Virus record (IMG/VR): IMGVR_UViG_3300042975_000105
Coordinates: 3,692-67,691 of that record
Strand: one strand, 5' to 3'
DNA from: a virus
Lineage: Duplodnaviria > Caudoviricetes
DNA: 64,000 nt
Part shown: positions 20,288 to 30,065 of the stretch, piece by piece
Position numbering within the stretch: position 1 is the first letter of the stretch
Layout of the letters: each line of letters starts with the position of its first letter
Program-made: the position numbers and the translations under genes
Notes under the pieces: generated by a model
The model's database searches: none
Seen by the model: the letters and a program-made list of their open reading frames with translations, nothing else
Told to the model about the DNA's origin: nothing

Positions 20288-21811
20288 TCATTCTGGCGAT
20301 TTAGTTCCTGTATCCTGAAAGAAATATGCAATCCCTGAAAGCACGAACCAGACGCAGGGAAGCGCCACGCCGTTGCCCCACATCTTGTACTCTGCAGAGT
20401 CCCGGTACGGTTTTTTCAGCCATTTAACAATCTGGTTCCTTGTCTTAGGCTTCGTCGTTTTGCCCAGCGCTCTGCGGTGGGTATCGAACACATCCTGCCA
20501 GAAGCGGATATCCTCTTCCGTCGGATTCTCCGTTGCAAGGCCGCTGCACCACCAGTCCGGGAATCCCTGGAGCCTTGCACACTCTGCCGGCATCAGGCGG
20601 CGGACACGGGCATGGCTGTTGATGAGCGGCGGGTCCTTATAATCTGTAGCCACCAGGGAACTGGCCACTTCTTTTGCCGCCCGGGTGAAATGGGAATTCT
20701 TGCTGGCACTGTAGGTCAGCTCCACCACAGCAATGCCGCCCTGGTTGCTCCCCGGTACATTCCCCGAACGGTCGACGGTCCGGCATGTATCGCTTTCATA
20801 GACATGGTTGCGCATATTGCGGGTGCCGTCTGATGTCTGCCGCACATCGTAGGTCTTCTTCTCCTCGTCACCCCCGCCCTGCAGGACCAGCGGCTGGTTG
20901 TTGCCGCCCGTCCCGTACTGCGCCGTGAGTGACGGATTTACAGAGAGCGGTCCTTTGTACCTGGCATCGGCGCCGTGGTTCTCGAAGACGCTTCCCGGAA
21001 CTTCCGCAATGACTGGCGGATGATGGGCTTCTGCCCGCAGGGTGTTCGTGTACTCTTCGGTGACATCCATCCGGATACCGCCCTGATCATTCAGGCAGAC
21101 TGTGCCTGCCGCTCCAGTGCCAGACGCAGGATGCATGGCAGCACTCTGCCATGCTCGGAAGCTCTGCGCAGAATACCCTGACAGGCCCTCGGACTCAAAT
21201 AGAACCTTTCCGGCACTTTGTCCATCAAAATCTGCGACAAGGTAGATGCGCTTTCTTCGCTGGGGGACGCCCCAGTATTGGGCATCGAGGACACGCCAGG
21301 CCACAGAGTACCCGTTTCCCAGGATGCATCCCGCAGGCTGCCATCTGGCACAGCCAGCCACTGAAACCGCAGGGTCTTTGATGCGGCAGATTTCTTCAAG
21401 GACCGTCCGGAAGTCCTCTCCCTTGTTGCTGGAGAAAGCCCCAGGGACATTCTCCCACACGATATATCTTGGATATTGTCCATTCGTTTCTTCCCTCATT
21501 TCCTTTACGATGCGCACTGCCTGATAGAACAGCGAGGACTGTGAACCGCCAAGGCCGTCCCTTTTCCCGGCAATCGACATATCCTGGCAGGGACTGCCAA
21601 AGGTAATGATGTCTACCGGCTCGATTTGTGCGCCGTTTACGGCACTCACATCGCCGTAATGCTTCACAGATGGCAGCCGTCTCGTCGTCACGCGGATGGG
21701 GAACGGCTCGATTTCCGAGTTCCATACGGGACGGATGCCCGCCAGGATGGCGCCCAGTTCGAAGCCGCCGCTCCCGGAGAACAGGCTTCCCAGCTTAATC
21801 TGTTCCATCAT
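20288..21811 (-). CDS. DNA cytosine-C5 methyltransferase
   Basis: LFSGSGG (I), FGSPCQD (IV), ENVPG (VI), QRRKRIY (VIII), RRLMPAECARLQGFP (IX), GNGV (X). Confidence 0.92.
   Translation of the reverse strand: MMEQIKLGSLFSGSGGFELGAILAGIRPVWNSEIEPFPIRVTTRRLPSVKHYGDVSAVNGAQIEPVDIITFGSPCQDMSIAGKRDGLGGSQSSLFYQAVRIVKEMREETNGQYPRYIVWENVPGAFSSNKGEDFRTVLEEICRIKDPAVSVAGCARWQPAGCILGNGYSVAWRVLDAQYWGVPQRRKRIYLVADFDGQSAGKVLFESEGLSGYSAQSFRAWQSAAMHPASGTGAAGTVCLNDQGGIRMDVTEEYTNTLRAEAHHPPVIAEVPGSVFENHGADARYKGPLSVNPSLTAQYGTGGNNQPLVLQGGGDEEKKTYDVRQTSDGTRNMRNHVYESDTCRTVDRSGNVPGSNQGGIAVVELTYSASKNSHFTRAAKEVASSLVATDYKDPPLINSHARVRRLMPAECARLQGFPDWWCSGLATENPTEEDIRFWQDVFDTHRRALGKTTKPKTRNQIVKWLKKPYRDSAEYKMWGNGVALPCVWFVLSGIAYFFQDTGTKSPE
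21091..21483 (-). CDS. Nested alternative-frame ORF inside the C5-MTase (130 aa)
   Basis: SD-like GAGGGA before ATG; STLSQIL..VPERFYLSPRAC.GILRRA motif reads as real protein; frame differs from the MTase. Confidence 0.55.
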   Translation of the reverse strand: MDNIQDISCGRMSLGLSPATRERTSGRSLKKSAASKTLRFQWLAVPDGSLRDASWETGTLWPGVSSMPNTGASPSEESASTLSQILMDKVPERFYLSPRACQGILRRASEHGRVLPCILRLALERQAQSA

Positions 21812-23045
21812 CTGCCACCTCCGCATACGGGATTTTCTCATCCCCGCGCAGGACAAACACACCCGCGTCCCCATATTCACTGATGTAGCGCCTGACGATG
21901 ACGTCGACGAACTTCTCGTCCAGCTCGATGCTGTAACAAATGCGGCCCGTCTGCTGGCAGGCCATGAGTGTGGAACCGGAACCGAGGAACGGATCCAGGA
22001 CGATACAGTGGCTCATAGACGAATTCTGTATTGGGTACGCCATCAGGGCTATAGGCTTCATGGTGGGATGCTCTTTGCTGGCTTTTGGCCTGTCGTATTC
22101 CCAGATGGTCGTCTGCTTGCGGTCGGAATACCATTGGTGCCTGCCGTTCAGCTTCCAGCCAAAAAGACACGGTTCATGCTGCCATTGGTACGGGCTGCGG
22201 CCCAGCACCAGGGCGTTCTTCTTCCAGATGCAGCAGCCGGACAGGTAAAAGCCAGCGTCTTTGAATGCCTTACGGAAGTTCAGTCCCTGGGTGTCGGCGT
22301 GGAATACATAGATGGAAGCATCCTGCTCCATGTTCTGCTCCATGTTGACGAAGGCCGCGAAAAGGAACTGGTAGAACTTGTCATCCGGCATATTGTCGTT
22401 CTTAATCTTGCCGGCCGTTTCTTCGACATCGACGTTATACGGCGGATCCGTCAGCACCATGTTGGCCTTCTTCCCCACCATCAGCCGTTCATAGGTTTCC
22501 GGCAGCGTCGCATCGCCACAGATGACGCGGTGGTCACCCAGGAACCAGATATCTCCCGCCCGGGCGACGGTCGGCTTTGCCAGTTCGCCATCGACATCAA
22601 AGTCATCGTCCTTGATTTTCTTGTTGTACACTTTCGAGAAGAGCTGCTCGACTTCCGGTGCTTCAAAGCCCGTCAGGTCGACGTTGAAGTCGACGCTCTG
22701 CAAATCGACGATGAGGTCGGCCAGGAGCTGTTCGTTCCAAGCACCCGTGATTTTATTGAGTGCGATGTTGAGCGCCTTGACCTTATGCTCATCCTCGATA
22801 TGGACAACGACACACTGGACTTCTTCGTAGCCCAGATTCTTCAGTACAGTCAGGCGCTGATGCCCGCCGATGACCGTCATGTCGTAATTGACGATGATGG
22901 GTTCCACATAGCCAAACTCCTGAATGGACTTCTTGATTTTCTCGTATTCCTTGTCGCCAGGCTTCAGCTGCTTCCTGGGGTTATATGCCGCAGGCTTCAG
23001 CTGGCCGATGGGCAGCATCTTCCATTCCATATCCGATGTCTTCAC
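21795..23045 (-). CDS. ParB-domain N4/N6 DNA methyltransferase
   Basis: N-terminal LKPAAYNPRK ParB-like domain; TDPPYNV and DPFLGSGST. Confidence 0.9.
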   Translation of the reverse strand: MKTSDMEWKMLPIGQLKPAAYNPRKQLKPGDKEYEKIKKSIQEFGYVEPIIVNYDMTVIGGHQRLTVLKNLGYEEVQCVVVHIEDEHKVKALNIALNKITGAWNEQLLADLIVDLQSVDFNVDLTGFEAPEVEQLFSKVYNKKIKDDDFDVDGELAKPTVARAGDIWFLGDHRVICGDATLPETYERLMVGKKANMVLTDPPYNVDVEETAGKIKNDNMPDDKFYQFLFAAFVNMEQNMEQDASIYVFHADTQGLNFRKAFKDAGFYLSGCCIWKKNALVLGRSPYQWQHEPCLFGWKLNGRHQWYSDRKQTTIWEYDRPKASKEHPTMKPIALMAYPIQNSSMSHCIVLDPFLGSGSTLMACQQTGRICYSIELDEKFVDVIVRRYISEYGDAGVFVLRGDEKIPYAEVADDGTD

Positions 23046-23220
23046 ACGCTTGCTCCTCTCTGAAGGCAGCCGCCACCGCTCTGCCGTAACCGGCGAGGTG
23101 GTGCCACCTGCAATAATTCCGTACGCTGTCCCGTGACAGCTTGGTCTTCCTGGCGATGGCTTTGTAGCCCATCCCCTGCTTCCGCATGGCTTCTATCTGC
23201 CGACGCTGGCAGTCGTTCAT
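22981..23220 (-). CDS. Small helix-turn-helix protein
   Basis: QIEAMRKQGMGYKAIARKTKLSRDSVRNYC; similar to the N-terminus of 48124-48516. Confidence 0.62.
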   Translation of the reverse strand: MNDCQRRQIEAMRKQGMGYKAIARKTKLSRDSVRNYCRWHHLAGYGRAVAAAFREEQACEDIGYGMEDAAHRPAEACGI

Positions 23221-23289
23221 GACAGGCTCCTTTCACACAACAAAAAAGCCCCGGGCCAGTCGGCCTGGAGCAGATGATTCGATTTTAGA

Positions 23290-23395
23290 TGCCGGGTATC
23301 CCCCCTTATGAATTTCGCGTTTTTTCACGTTTGAGGGGGCGGCGGTCATGGCCGGAAGGGCTGCAGAGATTGACATCCCCCGCCCCTAGCCTGAA
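23290..23395 (-). other. Putative cos/packaging-site region of element 1
   Basis: GC-rich non-coding tract directly downstream of the HNH gene; shares GGGG...AATC.CT...GACCG...TCA.ACG...TTCA.A.GGGGG layout with 55930-56035. Confidence 0.45.
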
Positions 23396-23398
23396 TCA

Positions 23399-23758
23399 TC
23401 AGTACTTGTACTCGATGTTCCGGTCTTCCGTCATCGTCTTATGGTCATGGCAGCTCTTGCAGAGGGGCTGCCAGTTCTTTTCGTCCCAGAACAGCTCCGG
23501 GTCGCCGCGATGCGGTTTGATGTGATCTACAACGGTCGCTGGTACCAGCCGACCTTCCGCCTTGCATCGGACGCACCATGGATGGCGCTTCAGGAAGAAC
23601 TTCCTGACTTTCTGCCACCGCCTGTCGTACCCACGAAGTTCAGCGTTCTTCCGTTCGCCCTGGCATTTCTGTTCGTGTTCCTCACAGTACTTCCTTCCAT
23701 ACGGCACGAGCCTTGAGCAGCCCGGATACCTGCATGGCGTTTTTGGCCTTCGTGGCAT
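23399..23758 (-). CDS. Packaging-associated HNH endonuclease
   Basis: PCRYPGC, CVRC...VVDHIKPH.G...NWQPLCKSCHDHKT. Confidence 0.92.
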   Translation of the reverse strand: MPRRPKTPCRYPGCSRLVPYGRKYCEEHEQKCQGERKNAELRGYDRRWQKVRKFFLKRHPWCVRCKAEGRLVPATVVDHIKPHRGDPELFWDEKNWQPLCKSCHDHKTMTEDRNIEYKY

Positions 23759-23777
23759 AGCCTCTCATCTCCCCATC

Positions 23778-23833
23778 AAAAAAGGACCGATGGCTTTCAA
23801 CCATGGTCCTTTATCCTTTTCTTGCTGATTATA
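23778..23833. repeat. 56-bp imperfect direct repeat, copy 1 (TATAAT plus terminator hairpin on minus strand)
   Basis: 50 of 56 positions identical to 24821-24876 by hand alignment. Confidence 0.9.
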
Positions 23834-23835
23834 AG

Positions 23836-24666
23836 TCAATAAAACATCATGTCCATAGAAGCTCTATCCAGGACGCATTCCGTTACCTTTACTGATATGA
23901 ATTCATAACATCGGGGTATATAACGCACCAAGGCATAATTGTCGCTCAAATCCATGATATACAATCTCCTTGCCAGGCTGTTCCCTAACTTTTTTGTATA
24001 CTCACCGCCCGCTTCAAATTTTTCAACTACCACAGGGTAACAGAACTCTTTTCTTATCCATTCCGCGATACGTGGTACATCATACTCATGCCCAAGCTGC
24101 ATCTGGAAACACAGCGCTTCCCACCAGTTATGTATTTCAAAAGGTGGTTCATAACATATTATGTCGGTTCGCTGCATGATACGCTCGATGCTTTGGGAAA
24201 CGAACTGGTCAAGCATCCTGGTTGCCAGGGAACTGGATACCGTCCTGAACAGGTTCCGCTGCATTGCCAGGTTATGAAGAATCCGCAGCGCCAGCAGGCC
24301 GCATGCGTCCATCCGCTTCAGTTCTGTTGCCAGTCTGTTTGGAGGAGCCAGATGATTCTTCATAAATACCTGCTGTATAATATCGGCTTTTTCTGGTATG
24401 TCAACTTTGTCCTTGATATACTCCCGGAGCTGTTGCCGGTATAGTTGGTCATTCTCAAGCCATTCTTTCCGGTTGCGTTCTCTTTCCCAAGCATCCGTTT
24501 TATCGGCAGGTGGTTGTTCCAGGTAGCAATAGCAATCCCAGTCGTTCCGGAGCCGTACATATTCGCTTTGCAGCAGAGGTATGGTCTTGGTATGATACAT
24601 CTGGCTCTTCATTGTTTTTGCACATGCCTTCAATTGGCGGGCCAGATGTGCTTGCTCTTTTTTCAA
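23836..24666 (-). CDS. AT-rich hypothetical protein (moron) between the repeats
   Basis: 276-aa ORF with RBS AGAAGGTG, no recognisable motif. Confidence 0.7.
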   Translation of the reverse strand: MKKEQAHLARQLKACAKTMKSQMYHTKTIPLLQSEYVRLRNDWDCYCYLEQPPADKTDAWERERNRKEWLENDQLYRQQLREYIKDKVDIPEKADIIQQVFMKNHLAPPNRLATELKRMDACGLLALRILHNLAMQRNLFRTVSSSLATRMLDQFVSQSIERIMQRTDIICYEPPFEIHNWWEALCFQMQLGHEYDVPRIAEWIRKEFCYPVVVEKFEAGGEYTKKLGNSLARRLYIMDLSDNYALVRYIPRCYEFISVKVTECVLDRASMDMMFY

Positions 24667-24820
24667 AGATAAACACCTTCTTTAGTCCGTTTTTCTATGG
24701 CTCCATTATATCATACCTTTATCCTTTACTTTATATTTTATTGAATATTCAAAATATTTTAAAGTATTCTCTCTGCGAATCGCACCAACAATATTGGCAT
24801 TTCTTTCATTTTTCTCACAC

Positions 24821-24876
24821 AAAAAAGGACCGATGGTTTTTGACCACGATCCTTCATCCTTTTCTTGCTGATTATA
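24821..24876. repeat. 56-bp imperfect direct repeat, copy 2
   Basis: See copy 1. Confidence 0.9.
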
Positions 24877-24923
24877 GTATATCCTGCCGACCCCTATGAC
24901 ATCAAGTGCTGTTCGAGTGACAT

Positions 24924-25373
24924 TTAGTGACATTCGCCAGGAATTTCAATTTTTTTTAGTGCTTCATCATGCAGGCGGTACGCCTGCCGGATATGGATTC
25001 CAAGCGTTTCGGCAATCGACGCCCAGTCCTTGAACGCCAGATAGCGGAGTTCCAGGACAACCCGTTCCCGGTCGTCCGGCACCCGGCTGATAGCCTTCAT
25101 GATGTCTGCCTTGAGTTCCACCAGACGGTCGATGTCCTCATCCACTTCATGCTCCATGTCCATCATGCGTGTGATGGTCTCTTCCAGCCGATGCGGGTCT
25201 GGCGTCCCGCTCGGCGGCACCGGGCTGAGTGTCGATGACGCCTTGATAGCCAGCTGCCTCAAGGCGGATACCTGCTCCAGTTTGCTGTCTATCTGGATAT
25301 TGATATTCCGTGCCTGTTCCAGGTACGCTTTTGCTTCCATACGCTTCTCTTCTCCTTCTGTTTCCCGCTTCAT
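24924..25373 (-). CDS. ArpU/DUF1492-like late transcriptional regulator
   Basis: AKAYLEQARNI...ERVVLELRYL..KDW..IA..L....AYRLHDEAL; position between helicase and HNH. Confidence 0.75.
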   Translation of the reverse strand: MKRETEGEEKRMEAKAYLEQARNINIQIDSKLEQVSALRQLAIKASSTLSPVPPSGTPDPHRLEETITRMMDMEHEVDEDIDRLVELKADIMKAISRVPDDRERVVLELRYLAFKDWASIAETLGIHIRQAYRLHDEALKKIEIPGECH

Positions 25374-26740
25374 AGTATACCCCCGTTTCCTGGTTCCGTC
25401 ATCCCCAGGTCAGCTTTCACCGCGTCAATCAGTGCGGCCTGGGTTCCGTCTTTGTGTTCCAATACTTTCAGGATGCGCTCATCAATCGTACCTTTGGCCA
25501 CGATGTGCTGTATGATGACCGTGCAGCTCTGCTGTCCCTGTCTCCAGAGGCGGGCGTTGGTCTGCTTATAGAGTTCCAGACTCCATGTCAGTCCGAACCA
25601 TATCAGGATGGATCCGCCCTGCTGCAGGTTCAGCCCATGTCCGGCAGAGGCTGGATGAATCAGAGCCACAGGTATCTTCCCGGCATTCCAGTCGGCAAAG
25701 TCCTGCGGTTCTTTCAACTCCCTGGCTTCCATCCGCTTCTGGATGCGGTCTTTGTCGTGCTTGAACCAGTAGGCCACCAGAACCGGCTGACCGTTGGCAC
25801 TTTCCACTAAGTCTTCCAGGGCATCGAGCTTCCGGTCATGAATATTCACAACTTTCTTGTCATCCGTATAAATGGCCCCGTTTGCCATCTGCGAAAGCTT
25901 CAGGGTAAGCGATGCGGCATTGGCGGCTGTGACTTCGCCACCAGGAAGTTCCAGTACCAGTGACTTTTTCAGTTCATCATAACGTTTCCTTTCCTTTTCG
26001 CTCAATGTGACTTCTTTCGCCACGCTCACCAATTCCGGCATCTTCAGATAGTCTGCAGCTTTCATGGACACGGTGATGTCGGCAATCTGATGATAGATGA
26101 CTGCTTCCGCTCCCGGCAGTGGCTTATAGGAAAACACCACCATGCCGTTGCGTTTGTCCGGCGTAAAGTACAGATTACGATACTGGCTGATATACTTTCC
26201 CAGCCGTTCGCCCATGTCCAGGAGCCGGAACTCGGCCCAGAGATCCATCAATCCGTTGCCGCTGGGCGTTCCCGTAAGGCCGACGATGCGCTTCACTTTA
26301 GGGCGCATAGCTTTCATGGCCTTGAACCGTTTGGACTGGGCGTTCTTGAAACTCGACAGCTCGTCCAGGACGACCATATCAAAATCCAGGCGACTGTTCT
26401 GGTACAGCCATGCCAGGTTCTCCCGGTTCACGATATAGATATCGGCTTCCTGCTGCAAGGCCCGCCGCCGTTCTGCCACGGTTCCCACAACCACACTGAA
26501 GGTAAGTTCTTTCAGGTGATCCCATTTCCGGATTTCTTCCGGCCAAGTATCCCGAGCGACCCGCAATGGCGCTACGACCAGTACATGTTTGATTTCGAAG
26601 GAATCGTACATCAAATCGCGGATGGCCGTCAACGTCGTCACTGTCTTGCCAAGTCCCATGTCCAGGAACAGAGCCGTAACCGGATGGGTCTTGATGTAGT
26701 CGATGGCATATTTCTGATAATCATGTGGCACGAACTTCAT
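25370..26740 (-). CDS. SNF2-family helicase
   Basis: DMGLGKT, VVLDELSSFK, GLTGTP, GHGLNLQ, RLWRQGQ. Confidence 0.92.
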   Translation of the reverse strand: MKFVPHDYQKYAIDYIKTHPVTALFLDMGLGKTVTTLTAIRDLMYDSFEIKHVLVVAPLRVARDTWPEEIRKWDHLKELTFSVVVGTVAERRRALQQEADIYIVNRENLAWLYQNSRLDFDMVVLDELSSFKNAQSKRFKAMKAMRPKVKRIVGLTGTPSGNGLMDLWAEFRLLDMGERLGKYISQYRNLYFTPDKRNGMVVFSYKPLPGAEAVIYHQIADITVSMKAADYLKMPELVSVAKEVTLSEKERKRYDELKKSLVLELPGGEVTAANAASLTLKLSQMANGAIYTDDKKVVNIHDRKLDALEDLVESANGQPVLVAYWFKHDKDRIQKRMEARELKEPQDFADWNAGKIPVALIHPASAGHGLNLQQGGSILIWFGLTWSLELYKQTNARLWRQGQQSCTVIIQHIVAKGTIDERILKVLEHKDGTQAALIDAVKADLGMTEPGNGGIL

Positions 26741-27030
26741 CCGGCACTGCCTCCTTCCATAATGTTACCCAGCATCCCGGAAATATCTTCAACAGCATCC
26801 AGGACAAACACACGGAACCCGAGTTTCCTTAGCAGCTTATGCCGTTTCTCCTGAAGCAGTCTGGGCTTTCTGCCTCGGGCCTTCACTTCTACAAATGCCA
26901 TTTTTCCATCAGGGAAAAGGAGCAGACGGTCCGGCATGCCGCTATAGGATGGCGATACGAATTTCAGTGCCATCCCGCCGCACCGTCTGACTTCCATCAT
27001 CAGTTTCTGTTCGATTCTTTTTTCACGCAT
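26737..27030 (-). CDS. VRR-NUC nuclease
   Basis: KFVSP...GMPDRL...FVEVK..G.KPR.LQ. Confidence 0.92.
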   Translation of the reverse strand: MREKRIEQKLMMEVRRCGGMALKFVSPSYSGMPDRLLLFPDGKMAFVEVKARGRKPRLLQEKRHKLLRKLGFRVFVLDAVEDISGMLGNIMEGGSAG

Positions 27031-27051
27031 TGCTGTCTCCTTATTTAAAAG

Positions 27052-27149
27052 GGTGCAGGTCTCGAAAGTCTTTACCTAAACCTCTTATATAGGTATATAT
27101 TTTTTATCCCTTATAGGACTTTTTATAGAGAGGTACACCGACCTGCACC
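27052..27149. other. Putative replication origin of element 1
   Basis: Perfect 10-bp inverted repeat GGTGCAGGTC (27052-27061, 27140-27149) flanking an AT-rich core, directly after the primase gene. Confidence 0.5.
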
Positions 27150-27157
27150 TTTATGTT

Positions 27158-29450
27158 TCAGTCTAAGAAATCCTGTCCTTCTTTCAGTCTCAAACCATAG
27201 ACAAGGATTCCTTTTTTCGTCTTCCGGCGGGTATACCCGGCTTTTTCCAGATTTCCATAGAAGTCCGATGTACTTCTGATGTATTCGCCGCTTTGCATAC
27301 AGATGACCCGGTACTGCTGATACAGTTTCCCGGACTTTTCTGTGAATGACGGGTCAATGTCGCAATGGTCTTCAAGGAACTGTCCCAGCCAGTCATTGTC
27401 CTCACGGTATTTCTCCACAGCATCCCGCACGGCTTGGGGTTCATCGATTTTGAACCCTTTCCGGATGGCCGATTCAGCCCCTTCGATAATCCATTTCATG
27501 ATGGCAGGCCCCGCATGCTCGAACAGGTAATCCGAGTAGTTCTTGATATCGCTTTTCCCGGTAATTTTGGCATTAAACGGGATGACAATCAGTCTGCGCC
27601 ACGTCCCGTCATCATTGGCGGAAACCTTGGGCAGGTAATTGGTGTACAGAACCAGGGTATGGGATGGGACGAAATGGAACGGGTCCTTGTATTTTCTTCT
27701 CCGCCTCGATGGGGTCAACCGAACAAATCTGTTTGACCATGCCTGTATTCAGCCGCTGCCCTTCTTCCAGCTCTGATGCGATGATGAGTCGCTTACCCTT
27801 GAGTTCCGCCATTTCCGGCTTCACATTCCGCTTGCAGCTCATGGTCAGGGCATCCGCAGAAATCTTCCCGGAGTAAGTGCCAAGGACCCTGGCGACGGTA
27901 TTCCAGAAAGTGGATTTGCCGTTCGCCCCGCCGCCATAGGCAATAATCATCTGTTCTGCATAGACCCTTCCGACAGCTGCCATCCCGACAATGTCCTTCA
28001 CATAGCTGACAAGTTCCCTGTCATGGCAAAAGAAAAGGTCCAGGCTCTCCTGCCAGAGTTCTTCTCCTTTATCGCCCGGCGAGCAGGCCGTGATTTTCGT
28101 GATGAGGTCGTCCGGGTCATGGGGATGGCCGCCTTTCGTTCCCTGGGTAAGGTCATACGTCGCTTCCGGCGTATTCAGCAGTTCCGGGTCATAGTCCAGT
28201 TCGGTGACATCAAGGGCGAGCATCGGCCTAGCTGCATTCTGGGTGTTGACGATGTACCTGTAATTGCGGTATTTCATGACAAATTTTTTGTAGGCATCCG
28301 CCCCCAGCAGTGCATAGAGCAGGTCGAGTTTTTTCTCTGGCACCTGGTTTGCCAGGGCCTTTCCCCTGTCTCTGACATCGGTTTCCGAAATGCCTATAGC
28401 CACCAGCGCTTCTTCCGCCATGCGGATCTTATCTTCTGCGTCTATCAGCTGGTCATCCATGAAATCTTCAATGATGCCGAGGGCTTTCGGCCTGTCTTCA
28501 TACCAATGGTCGCCGATGAATGCGATATAGTCCGTCGCGCTCGTATAACGAAGTCTTCCCATGCATGCCTTGGCCAGCACTTTTGCCTCGCCGATATCCG
28601 AGTAATCGTCCGGCTTCAAATTATTGCCAAACGGGTTGTCATATTCATCCGGCGGGACATAGCCTTCGCTGCCTTCGATTTTGTTCCTGAAAAACTTCAG
28701 AGCACTTTTCCAGATTGTCCCCAGTTCCTTATCCGGAAGCGGCGGGTTGCATTGGGCAGCCCGTTCCAGATAGGCTTCATACGCCCTGTCCGTATCGCCG
28801 AAACGCTTCAGCACCCGGCTTGCGAAATGGGACATCGTATTGTTGCGGCTGCCTTCAGGAATGGATCCGCCTGTATATAGAGGCGGATCTGCCTGGTTTC
28901 CGTTATCGCCTGATTCAAGATTCCCCAGGACTTCATCAATCCGAAGCCGCCCTTCATGCCAGAATATGTCCTCCGGCTTCACTTCTGTCCCGTAAAGGAA
29001 CCGTGCTGCATCCAGGGCTTTCTGGTCAAAGAAGGCATACTGTTCCATGCCGGCGTTCTTGAGTGCGGCGTAAGTTTCCCTGTCCGTGCATTCCGAAACA
29101 GGGGCTATCAGATGAAACCGCGGCCTAGCGGGATAATTCCCTTTCGGCAGCATATGATGTCGGCTCGGTGAGGCGGCAAAAGCAATATCGGCAAGGACAC
29201 TGGCTGCCAGCTTTTCCGGCGTCACCCATTCGTCAGGGTTCTCCGTATGGTCGTTATCGCAGTCCCACACGACTGCATCCGCTGAGATGAAATTATCATT
29301 CGACCGATAATCGTTCCGATAAGCGGCCGCAACATGGTCATGCGATACTGCCCTGGCCAGTTCTGCCGGACTGCTGATGACGGCCTTGTGCGGGTACAGG
29401 CAGTTCGTTTCATTGCCTGTGCAGTCTGCTGTGTATAAAGTGAATTTCAT
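27158..29450 (-). pseudogene. Primase-helicase (AEP/PriCT-1 plus D5-like SF3 helicase) split by a +1 frameshift near 27693
   Basis: EGSRNNTM PriCT-1, GGGANGKST Walker A; removing one A from GAGAAGAAAATACAAG joins EAEKK-YKDPF. Confidence 0.9.
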
Positions 29451-29860
29451 GTATGTTCCTCCCTGCAGTTTTCCGTAAAATAACGAATAAGCTTTCTCTT
29501 ACGCCTGGCATATTCGATTTCTTTCTGCATCCCGCTGGAAATGACATTACCGAACACCCAGAGTTCCGCGCACTTGGACAAAAGGGCGATATCCATGAAC
29601 AGAGCCAGATCCCGTTCCGTCCTTTCATCCATGAACTGCGGCAGGAACAGGTGGGGCGCCAGCGGGATGCATCCCTGGTCCTTGGCATAGCGGCAGTATT
29701 CCCTGGCCTTCTGTACGTTGGCCTCAACATCCCCGGCATAGGGCGAACACACGTATACCAATGGCCGGAACGGGAACCTTGCAGGTTCCGCATTCCGGAT
29801 AGCTTCGTATGCTGTAGGGTCAGGGTAATGTTCGGCGTTACGCTTCGAATCCATCTTCAT
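29447..29860 (-). CDS. DUF4406-like nucleoside deoxyribosyltransferase-fold protein
   Basis: VYVCSPYAGD, PLAPHL, C.ELWVFG..IS.GM..EI; homolog at 61049-61477. Confidence 0.7.
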   Translation of the reverse strand: MKMDSKRNAEHYPDPTAYEAIRNAEPARFPFRPLVYVCSPYAGDVEANVQKAREYCRYAKDQGCIPLAPHLFLPQFMDERTERDLALFMDIALLSKCAELWVFGNVISSGMQKEIEYARRKRKLIRYFTENCREEHT

Positions 29861-30062
29861 CGCCCGCCTCCATCAGTTCCCGTGAGCAATCTTCACACAT
29901 CACGGATGTGCCAAACAGGTCGCCATGCCCATCACCCAATATGTCTTCCAGATTCACGCTGACTTCCTTACCGCAGACCGGGCAGCGGCAGAACACATTC
30001 TCATCATTGATTTCAATCGTAACTTCCATGGCATCGTTAATCGGTTCCTTAACATAAAACAT
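29838..30062 (-). CDS. Small zinc-finger protein
   Basis: CRCPVCG...CEDC; homolog at 61455-61679. Confidence 0.7.
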   Translation of the reverse strand: MFYVKEPINDAMEVTIEINDENVFCRCPVCGKEVSVNLEDILGDGHGDLFGTSVMCEDCSRELMEAGDEDGFEA

Positions 30063-30065
30063 GAT

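Noticed and set aside
420-23063. Long plus-strand ORFs such as 420-1016, 4069-5118, 8046-9062, 11037-11837, 12391-13251 and 21696-23063
   Set aside because: Antisense shadows of GC-rich phage genes; no motifs, no RBS, and a recognisable gene occupies the opposite strand
24706-24933. 75-aa ORF over the repeat/terminator region
   Set aside because: Overlaps the promoter-terminator repeat, has no RBS and is AT-rich non-coding in character
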